Below, in pieces: positions 53,128 through 64,000 of a DNA stretch of 64,000 nt. Numbering within the stretch: position 1 is the first letter of the stretch; every line of letters starts with the position of its first letter. The stretch lies in the NCBI GenBank assembly GCA_951406725.2, contig OX597823.1, positions 21,080,001-21,144,000 of the forward strand, given 5' to 3'. Position numbers and translations under genes: made by a program. This stretch comes from Octopus vulgaris (Eukaryota). Below the pieces are notes generated by a model. It was not told where the DNA came from, did not search any database, and was given only the letters and a program-made list of their open reading frames with translations.

Positions 53128-55582
53128 GGCGTAGGAGTGGTTCTATGGTAAGTTGCGTGCTCACCTTACTTGACAGAAGAGTTCGCATTTCCATGCTACA
53201 TGGCAGTCACATCTTTCGACGTGAAATATTGAACGTTTAAAGCTCGAATAGAGGTAGGCGTTTGTTTTATTGGGGAGGGGCCCTTAGTGGAGGTTTCTTA
53301 TTCTGTTCTTAATAATTTTTGTTGAGCAACAGTCTCCACTTTGCTCCAGATATTTGCCTGCCTGTGGTTGTGCGAAAAGACTCACTTTGCTGTGAGAATT
53401 GTGTTTTGGAGGAGGCGTATCTCCTCCGCAAAAATTTGTTGGCTGTGAAAATTGTCTTGTCCATTTGTGGATTACCAGTTTGGATTAAGAAAAAGGTCGC
53501 CATCAGGGTGAGCGATTTTGCTTCTTTTTTTTTTTGAGCTCGGTAGAATTATTGTGTTTTATTTATATTACAGTATATTCTGCCCAGGTCTGGGGCATTT
53601 TCACTTACTCTTGGCGGTGTTGTGATTTTTCTTGTTAACAAGCAAGTGAAGAACTTCAAGGAGAATATCTTCATTACAGATATTTTGGAGAAAATTGGTG
53701 CTTGCAAGCTGTGCGTGGTTTTCAACCAGAAAACGTTGGAAGTACTTTACCAGGAGGATTATCAAGAGATTTGTAGGCTGCAAGATAGCTGGGAGTGCCG
53801 TGTAGCCCGAAAATTGTATTTTCTGCCGTGGAGAATAGTACAATATTTATTTATTTTTCTGAACTGCTGTCTTTCCTATCTTTTTGCTAAACAATTTTAG
53901 TTGGACTAGTATTTTATTTCTTCCAATTTTAGTTGAACTGTGTTTTTATTTTTATTGTGTTCAAATACTTTTTGTTGTTTTTGGTCGAGTGAATTTTTTC
54001 CTTGTTTGAACTGTATTTTATCGACATGGCAGATAAAATGATAAAAAATAAGACCACTGCTTTGGAGTGGCAGATTGTCCTACCCAAGCAGTGGTTAAAA
54101 GATATGGAGGAGGGGACGGTGGTGGTTAGAACTTACTCTAAAGTTCTTGATACCATTACCGTCTTCCCAAAACAAATCATTGAAAAAGAATTAAAAGACT
54201 TTGTCCCCTGTAAAATATATATCCCGGGGTGTCAGGCATGCAACGGCGTGGTTGCTGTTTGACACCACGTAAGAGGCTTGCAATTTTGCAAGTCAGCCTT
54301 TGGAGGGCAAGGAAATGTTGTTCCCTCCGTCATACTGCCGGAGGAAGGTGATAAGAACCTGGGTATGTGGGCTACCCCCGGGCATAGAGGCAGGTTGGAT
54401 AGGAGATACCGTCCAACGGGGCCGGGGGGATAGCGGGCGCAGGCCCTTAAATGTAAGAGTGACGCCTGTGGTCAACTGGAAGGGTGCAAAGGCAACTTTG
54501 ATCCTGTGTACCCCAGTGTCCGCAGGCAAAATGACCTCCAACTTTTTGAGGATGGCTGGTTCCAGGTATCCAGTGATTTTTGAGGGTCGCCCCGGGAGTC
54601 AGGACATATGAAGCAGGACTACCCCCGGGGCCGTGCTAAGGCTCCGGGGCGGGAAAAGTGGATGGTGCCCTCCGTTCTCCCATTGCAAGGAGAAACGGAA
54701 GTCATTGAGGTATCGACCTCAACGAGAAGGAAGAGAAAGGTGACGTTTCTCACTAAGAGACCTGCAGGTTGCGGGAGAGGAGAAGAACTCTTGAGGTGCG
54801 CCGAACGAAGAAGAAAAAAGAGAAAGAAGAGAAATGGGAGACGGTCAGCGAATGTCGCTGTGCCGCCGACCGAACCCAATGTTCCTCCGGTGGGAAATGT
54901 GCCACCGGAGCGAGAGGCTCAGTCAGTGGGAACTATGGCACTGACAGAGCAGGCTGAGACCTCTCTCTGTGAGGAAGAGGTTTTCATTTTCTCTCTCAAG
55001 AGAGGGCCTGTTAAGTTATACTTCGACAATCTTCTACACCGAAAGCGATATGACTCGACCTGTATAGACTGTCCAAGTTGTCCTCCGAAGGTGGCTGCGG
55101 AGGTCATAAATCAGAGAGAACTGATTGAGGTCAGGAAGACCTGTAACAAAGAATATTTTGTTTTCCTGGTCCGGGTCTGCCGATGCAGGGTTCTCTGCAG
55201 AGAACTTACTTAGGGGCTCGGATGAGGAAGACGAAGAATACTGAAAAATATATTTTTGTAATTTTTGAATTTTTGTGATTATAATTTCGATTTATATTGA
55301 TTTAAACTGAAGAGTGATTTTGAGGGGTTACCGGTCGGCGGGCACCGGTGCTCCTCCCATTTTTCATATACATTAATGTCTCTGTCCAGTCCGCAGCTAC
55401 CTTTATATGTGTTCGACCTTCATGGTCAAATCCATGAAATAAAGTAGCTTGCTTACGAACCACATGATTCCGATTTCAGTCCCACTGCGTGGCACCGTTG
55501 CCAAGTGTCTTCTACTATAGCCTCGGGCCGACCAAAGCCTTGTGAGTGGATGTGGTAGACAGAAACCGAAAGAAGCCAGTTG

Positions 55583-55624
<42 letters not shown>

Positions 55625-55845
55625 CGCATATATTTTTGTGTGTCTGTGTTTGTCCCCCCAACATCGCTTGACAACCGATGCTGGTGTGTTTACGTCCCCG
55701 TAACTTAGCGGTTCCGCAAAAAAGACCGATAGAAATAGTAAGAGGGTTACAAAGCATAAGTCCTGGGGTTGATTTGCTCGACTGAAAGCAATGCTTCAGC
55801 ATGGCCACATTGAAATGACTGAAACAAGTAAACGAGTAAAAGAAT
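53128..55845 (+). mobile_element. SINE family B split by a 2.3-kb insertion
   Basis: Head at 53128-53164; remainder at 55442-55845. Confidence 0.85.
53165..55441 (+). mobile_element. unclassified, probably non-autonomous retroelement with decayed ORF1-like frames
   Basis: Broken ORFs 54026-55213 (..RTWVCGLPPGIEAGWI.., Lys/Arg-rich tract); no RT or endonuclease motifs; 3' GACC-ttcat-GGTC hairpin then ATGAAATA; degenerate 13-bp TSD at 53150-53162 / 55442-55454. Confidence 0.7.
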
Positions 55846-55922
55846 ATAATTACCTCGCTCTCTATGTTTCTCTTTATCTCTCTCTCTCTGTTACTCTCTG
55901 TATGTATATATGTGTATATATA

Positions 55923-56005
<83 letters not shown>

Positions 56006-56654
56006 AGATGGATTATCGTGCAGTTTCCGTGTATCAAATTCACTTACAAGGCGTTGGTCAACTCAAGTATCTAGTAGAAACTATGTGCTCAATGCAGTGC
56101 ACTGTGGGACTGAACCAGATATCACGTGGTTGTAAAGGGAACTTCATAACCACTCAGACCTTCCTGTGCTTATATGCTAAATATATAACATGTGTTTAAT
56201 TGTTTAGCTATAGAAGTAGTTAATAAGTTACATTATTTACATTTCCCTTCAGATAACGAACAACAATTTTCAACAAAATTAATGTTAACCGTATACCCAT
56301 AGGTTATCTTCATAACATTATTCTTGTCTATAAGGGTGCTAATATGTATGAATTTTGATGAAATATCTATTGCTTCTACAGGCATTCAAAAATTTGTGAA
56401 TATCGGCTAGGTGAACTGCAGCGTGTTGTTCTCTTCTAGTGTGTCATTCCTCAATCGTTTTAATTTCAAGAATGTCGCCTTCTAATGTGTCTTAGCATTA
56501 ATTACGTTGTCTATCTAAAAAAGTAAACATCATGAACAAATTTGTAATTTCCTTTTTCCACCTCCGTATAACTAGAAGGCATTCAGATCCTGCAGAGAAT
56601 TGTGGCACAAACATTGTGAATACCTACTAAGACTGTTGATTGATAGCAAAACTC

Positions 56655-56886
56655 ATGTAAACTAAATAATTTAAGCTTATGAGCCTCGGGGTAGTCTCTG
56701 ACGTCAGAAAGTGAAATCACATAAAAATCAATTTCATGTTTTTACCTTTATTTTTACGATTAATTTCATGTTGGCTTTCATAGTATAGAAATAGTTTGTG
56801 CGCGAATTATGTGATGATATTTTTATGGCTACGAATAGTTTGAGGGCACATATGCGTGAATATATATACACACACACACACACGTC

Positions 56887-56918
<32 letters not shown>

Positions 56919-57473
56919 CACACATATTTCACATTTCGATCATTCAAACAACAATATGAGTCTTCAAAGACAGTAGCTCCCATAAATTCTGAAATAATAT
57001 TTAATATCTACGAAGGGTCAAATATTTACGAAGGGTCAAATATTTACGAAGGGTCAAATATAACAGTGGAGACATGCAATGAAACCAAACGGAGACAAAC
57101 ATGGAGGATCGTTAGACTGGAACGAAAGGAGAATAGAAAACGCTGGGAGAGATTTTGTTTTGAAAAGAGAAAAGAAAGAAGAGAGAGAGAAACGTACAGT
57201 CGTTTGGATGTCTGAGCAAGAAAAGAAAGATGGCCACGTGAAGAAAAGAAGGATGGACGATGGTCACGTGTGAACAACGAGAGAGAGAGGGGGGAGACAG
57301 ATATACAACTTTGAAGGAGAGAGCGGGAGAAAGGGAATTAGAGAATGATAGAGGTAGAAGGAAGCAAAGACGAGAGGAAGAAAGCAATACGGAGTAGAGA
57401 GACGCATAATAAATGGGTGAAGATAAACTTACTCGGGAATGGATGCGTCACGTTCAATTAAATAATAATAATA

Positions 57474-57525
<52 letters not shown>

Positions 57526-58028
57526 GTTAGAGGAAGGTATTCTCTGTATACGATACACTTGATAATGCTCAAGAGATTTGAACTTAAGCAGGTAGAGGAG
57601 TAAATGTAAGGACAAGCAGATTAGTCAAGTCGATCTACAAAAATATTAAATACATTTTATACAAAGACTGTACATTTGTATGCATATAAAAATTTCTGAC
57701 TTACACAGAATATAAATGATATTTGGAATTAAACTTCATTCTGTTAACACATCCATTGTGAATTTTTTCCTGAAGACGGAGGCTGGTGGTATCTGATGAT
57801 GGAATCAAGTTCCAATCATTATTTTGGACCACCAAGCCACCAGAAACAGCTGCTGGATTCGTAAAACTCTTACACAAACCCATTAATTCCTGATATCTTT
57901 TATGTAAACTAAATAATTTAAGTCTATGAGCCTCAGGGTAGTCTCTGACGTCAGAAAGTAAAATTACGTAAAATTCAATTTCTTGTTTTTGCCTTTATTT
58001 TTACGATTATTATCTTGTTGGCTTTCAT
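56655..58028. repeat. diverged ~127-bp direct repeats (56655-56781, 57902-58028)
   Basis: Visible alignment; both copies keep TCTGACGTCAGA. Confidence 0.85.
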
Positions 58029-58115
58029 TGTCAGTCGGACTTCTTTATATGCATACATATGTATATGTATACATTTTGAATATCGACTTCCTAACTTGCT
58101 TTCCTTACATTTACT

Positions 58116-58261
<146 letters not shown>

Positions 58262-58392
58262 TAGATATAGATATATATATAGAGATATATATATATATAT
58301 AGATATAGGGTGGAATATAATTAATTTAACAAAATCAACAAATTTCACCTTATAGTATTTCGGTATGGAAAAGAACCATATTCAGTAAAAAC

Positions 58393-58654
58393 TTATAACA
58401 ATAAAGGTATTTGCAACAAGTTGCTTGACCACATACCACAAATGTTAGAAATAGAACCCAAAGAACTACTATTTCCTTTTTCTACAAAAATATGTCTCCG
58501 CAGACAAGAATATTTGCCATATCTGAGTTACAGATATTGTTGTCTGTGGAGACATATTTTTGTAGAAAAAGGAAATGGTAGTCCTTTGGCTGCTATTTCT
58601 ATAGTTTTCGGTATGTGGTCAAGCAACTTGTTGCGAAAACCCTTATTGTTATAA
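58393..58654. repeat. fold-back, ~120-bp imperfect arms
   Basis: Same architecture and motif as 29079-29306. Confidence 0.9.
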
Positions 58655-58965
58655 TTATCTATATATGTTGTGTGTGTGTATACGTCCATACACACATACA
58701 TATATATATATATGTAATATATATATATACACCCATCTATTTCTACATCCACAATGTTCCACTGCATCAAAGATGAGAAGACGGAGTGACCGAGATAATG
58801 TTTGTGTCTATTCAGTATAAGATGGACACCTAAAACAATTAGCAGAAATGTGTTATGAATTACTACTTCATATACGATTGCGAAAAACATTTAAATACGC
58901 ATGCACACAGACACGTGCACAAACACATGCATACATACATACATACATACATACATATGTGTGTG

Positions 58966-59010
<45 letters not shown>

Positions 59011-59013
59011 ATA

Positions 59014-59046
<33 letters not shown>

Positions 59047-59058
59047 CTATATATATAT

Positions 59059-60366
59059 CCCAATGAGATCCCGGAAAGAATTAAAAAAGAATTCATCATT
59101 GAGGGCCTCAAATTTATTCTGCAAAACAACTTCATGTATTTCAATAACAACACTTACAGACAGGTTTCAGGAACTGCAAAGGGTACGAAAGTTGCACCTA
59201 CCTATGCAAACCTGGTGATGGCCTACCTGGAATCACATATCTATGAAAAATCCAAATATAAGTACGGCCAGTCTTTCCACAAATACCTGTTGGAGAACTG
59301 GAAACGCTACTTAGATGATTGCCTCATCCTATGGTCCCACACACTCGACCAACTTATAGACTTCAAAAACCTTATCAACAGTGTAAATAACAACATTCAA
59401 TTCACAATGGAATATAGTCAGGACCAACTCCCTTTTCTTGACATTCTAATCATTAAAAAAGGCGTCAACATTGAAACTGACATCCATTACAAACCCACTG
59501 ACTCTAAACAATACCTTCTATTCACCTCCAATCAGCCAAAACACACAAAGACAAATATCCCCTTCAACCTAGCGAGAAGAATCTGCACTATTGTCTCAAA
59601 TGACACAACACGAAATAGAAGACTCCGGGAACTAAGGGCAATTCTTCTCGAATGACATTACCCGGCATCACTAGTAGAGAACGGAATAGAACGGGCCAAA
59701 TCAATCAACACTCAAGACCTACGAAAACCTAAACACATCCACAGTACAGTAAATAGCCTCCCCTATCTCTCAACACACAACCCAAGGAATGCAGAAGCTT
59801 ACACTATTATATACAACAACATTCCACAACTAAATCAAGATCCACGCCTGAAAAAATTACTGGCAGCTCATAAAATAATAAAAAGTAAGAGACAACCTAA
59901 ATCCCTAAAAAACCTCCTCACCAACGCAAAATTACACAGCACAAACCCACCGCCCACCATCAAAAAATGTGGTCGCCCCAACTGCAGGACTTGCATCCAC
60001 CTCATTGAGAGATCGACGTACAAGTTCCGCTCGGGACACACATTCATCATAAAAAATAATTTCACGTGCGCATCAAAAAATTTACTCTACGCCATAAGGT
60101 GTGAAGGATGCCACGAAGACTACATAGGGCAAACGAGCCTTACCCTCAGAGAAAGAATGACAGTTCCCCGACAACAACTGAGGGACCCCTCCACAAGACA
60201 TATACCACTAAGTGGACACTTAGACCTTTGTGCACACAATAAGTCCCCCAAATTCTTAGTCTTCCCACTATACCAATGCTCGGACAACACCACAGACCAA
60301 ACACGAATAAATAGGGAACGTAATCTTATTATTCAAAAATACAGACCACAACTAAACATACTCTAA
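59059..60366 (+). pseudogene. Penelope-like element RT (C-half) plus Cys-rich linker and GIY-YIG endonuclease, 5'-truncated, one in-frame stop
   Basis: YRQVSGTAKGTKVAPTYANLVM, WKRYLDDCLILW, IQFTME..LPFLDILI, YKPTD; TGA at 59653; then KCGRPNCRTC, LLYAIRCEGCHEDYIGQT, to the stop at 60366. Confidence 0.93.
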
Positions 60367-60514
60367 CATACCCCCTAGGCACACATCCAGAGCAAGCACA
60401 CAGGGACACGCGCACACTCGCAACATATCATGCAGGCGGACACATGCACGCATCGGCACACATAGGGCACACTAGCGGGCATTGACCACACACATACGCG
60501 GCTAGCACACGCAT

Positions 60515-60560
60515 GCATTATATATATGTATGTTATGTATGTGTGTGAGTGTTGTGTGGG

Positions 60561-60597
<37 letters not shown>

Positions 60598-61312
60598 CGT
60601 TGTGTGTGTGTGTGTGCGCGTGTGTGTGTGTGCATTGTGTGTGTGTATGTATTTATATGTGTATATGTTTTATGTATATGTATATATGTGTGTATTGTGT
60701 GTGTGTTTGCATTGTATATGTGTATATGTGAGTACATTGTTTGTGTGGGTGTGGTATGTAGATATATATGTGTGTGTACGCTATATGTATGTATTTTGTG
60801 TGTGTGTGTGCATTATATATATATGTATGTGTATGTGTGTGAATATATATATATATATATGTGTGTATATATATGTGCATTATATGCATGTGCATTGTGT
60901 ATATGTATATTATATGTATGTGTGTTGTATATGTATGTGTACATTATGTGTATATGTATGTGTATGTGTGCATTATATATATGTATATTGTATGTGTGTT
61001 ATATATGCATGAATACATGTATATACATTGCATGTATATATATGTATGCATTGTGTATGTGTATGTTATGTATATATATGTTATATGTATGTGTATGTAA
61101 ACACTATATATATATGTATATATGTATATGCATCGTCTATATATATATACTATATGTATGTATTGTGTATGTATGTTATATGTATATATTGTGTATGTGT
61201 ATTATATATATGCTGTGTATGTGTATTGTATGTATATATGTGTTAGGTGTATTTGTGTTGTATTTATATTATGTATGTATGTGTACGTGTGTTGTGTGTG
61301 TGGGGGGGTCAG

Positions 61313-61350
<38 letters not shown>

Positions 61351-61400
61351 TATGATGTGTGTGTGTGTGTATATATATGTATATGTAGTGTGTGTGTATG
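60515..61400. repeat. long degenerate TA/TG low-complexity tract
   Basis: Seen directly; source of the spurious 439-aa ORF. Confidence 0.95.
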
Positions 61401-61968
61401 GCCCGCACACACGCGTAGACGCGCACGCGCACGCACACGGGCGGGCACGCATATATACACACACCATCCTACCCCCGCTGCCCTGGAACCATTCAAAAAC
61501 AGCCCCCACACACACGCAGGCGCTTGTATACGTGTGTGTGCACGCACACAGGGGCACGCACACTCACACCAGTCTCACCTCCATACAGGCACATATATAC
61601 ACACGCAGCACCATGTCAAATGCCATCCACACTCATGCATGCGTACACACGGACGCACGCGCGCACACACGCACACACAACATCATGACAACCACACACA
61701 CTTGACAAACAGACGCCATCTGACCAAATACTACAGACACACAGACACATCTATTCACACCACATGTATGTGTATGCGCGCACACATACACGCAGAGAGA
61801 CACACATATTCACCTCATCCTAACCCCAAAATCATTGATGCTTGAAGGAAAGCCAAAAAAAGAAAAAAACGGGTACATCTTTTTCAATTCTACATTTCTG
61901 CTAAAACGGACAGGTCAGTAAACAAGCTCGCCTTGAATTCATAATATTCTGTACTGACCCTGAGATGT

Positions 61969-62257
61969 ATAATATATTTGTTTTAATCTTTTCTGCCCAT
62001 TTTTTCAAATATTCTCATCATACTGTTGTACTTTCTTATGTCCTTAACATGTCCCTGTTACCAAAGTCTGTATATATACATGTAATGTGGCAATTTGCAA
62101 CAACCAATAATTAACGCAACCAAACTTCCAATAATATATTTGTTTTATTCTTTTCTGCCCATTTTTTCAAATATTCTCATCACACTGTTGTACTTCTTTA
62201 TGTCCTTAACATGTCCCTGTTACCAAAGACTGTATATATACATGTAATGTGGCAATT
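61969..62257. repeat. 127-bp direct duplication (162-bp period)
   Basis: 61969-62095 resembles 62131-62257. Confidence 0.9.
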
Positions 62258-62294
62258 ATGTAAAAAAAAATTTTTGAATTCATAATATTCTATG

Positions 62295-62339
62295 TTACTT
62301 TTGACAATCTTTTTCCAAAGAGTGAAACCGGTTAAGTAA
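62295..62339 (+). ncRNA. minimal hammerhead-like motif, U3-A8 variant
   Basis: TTACTT TTGACAA TCTTT-ttcc-AAAGA gt GAAA CCGG TT AAGTAA; downstream of the PLE, in its sense orientation. Confidence 0.55.
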
Positions 62340-62377
62340 ATAAACATCTTTTAAATTGCATTTTCAAACCTTCTTTC

Positions 62378-62483
<106 letters not shown>

Positions 62484-62960
62484 CGGGAAGCTTTATGAAA
62501 ATAGACAAAAGACGAAGGCAGGTGGAAAACAAACAATTGTATTAGTATGGCGCTCAGGAAATATAAATAAAACAAGTCTTTAACGTTTCGAGCCTACGCT
62601 CTTCAACAGAAAGATACACAGAGAGAAAAAAACACAGAAAGAAGGAGAGAAAAAAAATGCGTGCAGTAACTAACGAATCAACATGGCGATCTGATTTCGG
62701 CCAGAGGTCAAAGATCAAACATAAGACGCGAGAGCGAAATAAGGGGAGATAATAGGGTTGATAATAGGGTTGAATGACCAGCTATTAGTGCGTAGGAGGG
62801 GTCTGGACGTGTGTATGTATAGGGTTGGTGTATGTATTAGTATGTATTAGTATGTATAAGGGTGTGTGTGTGTGTGTGTATGAGAGAGTATTAGTGCGTA
62901 GGATAGGTCTGGACGTGCGTATGTATGGGGTTGGTGTATGTATTAGTACGTATTAGTATG

Positions 62961-62997
<37 letters not shown>

Positions 62998-63194
62998 GAC
63001 CTCGTGAGTACCGCTGGCGATTTTTTTCCTCTGTCTTCCCTTCTCGGGATCTTTCCTTCTCCTATGTTTCCGACGAAGAGCTCCGCTCGAAACGTTAAAC
63101 CATCCTTCTTCCCTTCTTTCCTGAGCGTCCAATAATACTTTATTTGTTCCACGTACTCGCGTTGTTGTGTTTTTTTGTGTTTTCTTGTTTGGAT

Positions 63195-63200
<6 letters not shown>
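62484..63200. mobile_element. two divergently oriented PLE-terminus-like repeats (62484-62700 minus, 63001-63200 plus), each with a minimal hammerhead variant
   Basis: 62577-62614 (-): TCTTT CTGTTGA AGAGC gtag GCTC GAAA CG TT AAAGA. 63066-63100 (+): GTTT CCGACGA AGAGC tcc GCTC GAAA CG TT AAAC. Confidence 0.62.
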
Positions 63201-63231
<31 letters not shown>

Positions 63232-63340
63232 TTTAAATAATAAGACTGAAAAATTGAATACTAATTAGATTAATATCATTTTATATCCCGTGGTCTAGCG
63301 TATTGAAAAATTTGAAGATTCAAAAAAATTATATTACATA

Positions 63341-63510
63341 CATATAAGAGGAACGACCACTAAGTGGATATCTAGTATGCTAGAAGTAGACCCCCTATGT
63401 TCTTACCACTAAGAAACAATCTTGAGAACTATCCTTTCTTAGCGGTAAGACCATAGGAGGTCTACTTCTAGCATAATGTATGTCCACTTAGTGGTCATCC
63501 CACTTATATG
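63341..63510. repeat. fold-back, ~75-bp imperfect arms
   Basis: CATATAAG..GACCACTAAGTGGA..TATGCTAGAAGTAGACC is mirrored at 63436-63510. Confidence 0.9.
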
Positions 63511-63779
63511 TAATATATATATATAGTTGCATATGGGTTGTTTCTATAAACGAAAGGTGGCTATAACAGGCATTATATTTGGAGACGATGAAAAGAATCA
63601 TTGATGGAAGGTTAGGAGCCATGTTGCAAAGCATCTGCTTCTTTATCTGTGTGTAGTTTTAGGTGTAAAAAAGTATTTACCATAATTGGCCCCTGCTAAA
63701 ATTTATTGGTGTAGATTGTCATAGGGATTTGAAAATTCGATACATAGGTCAAATAATTGATTCTCGTCTACGATTCGGT

Positions 63780-64000
63780 ATTTGAGTTTTTGACAAAGAA
63801 TTTCAAAGCACTCACGGGCAATAACATGTTTGGGAGTAGTCTTTGTGTGGGTGTCTGAAAGAGGAGATTTTTCTATTTAATACTATACGGGATGGTGTTG
63901 AGTTTCAACGACCAAATACATACTTGGGTATTTAGGTTCTATTTTATTTCATTTTTGGGTTATGAAATAGTTGTCTGCGTCGGTAGTTTTTGAGTTTGGA
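63780..64000 (-). pseudogene. PLE GIY-YIG C-terminal remnant running off the window
   Basis: The minus strand gives IWSLKLNTIPYSIK*KI, like PLE IW.LK...I.YSIKW.I. Confidence 0.5.

Noticed and set aside
60526-61845. 439-aa Cys/Val/Tyr-rich ORF and the many [12 protein letters not shown] ORFs in the track
   Set aside because: Translations of TA/TG/CA microsatellites, which lack stop codons.

Overview
This is eukaryotic, AT-rich, microsatellite-saturated intergenic or intronic DNA. The SINE families and (TA)n/(GATA)n/(TACA)n density point to an octopus (cephalopod) genome, which is an inference. No intact host gene is visible; one plausible 108-bp coding exon lies at 13750-13857, and most ORFs in the track are microsatellite artefacts. 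The window is mostly transposon remnants: two mariners, Tc1, maT (DD37D), Tigger/pogo plus a MITE, Merlin, Helitrons, a CR1-group LINE, RTE fragments, three tRNA-derived SINE families and several Penelope-like elements (PLEs). Four signals stand out, all read by eye. (1) About 18 type I hammerhead-ribozyme-like motifs, from canonical to degenerate, some with compensatory 3-8 core pairs. (2) A non-coding 536-bp unit with 208-bp terminal redundancy and a near-canonical hammerhead, resembling a retrozyme copied from a circular RNA. (3) An unclassified retroelement found twice at the same nucleotide of a SINE head, with a 13-bp target duplication. (4) Inverted templated insertions and long fold-back elements, one consisting of a sense and an antisense hammerhead.
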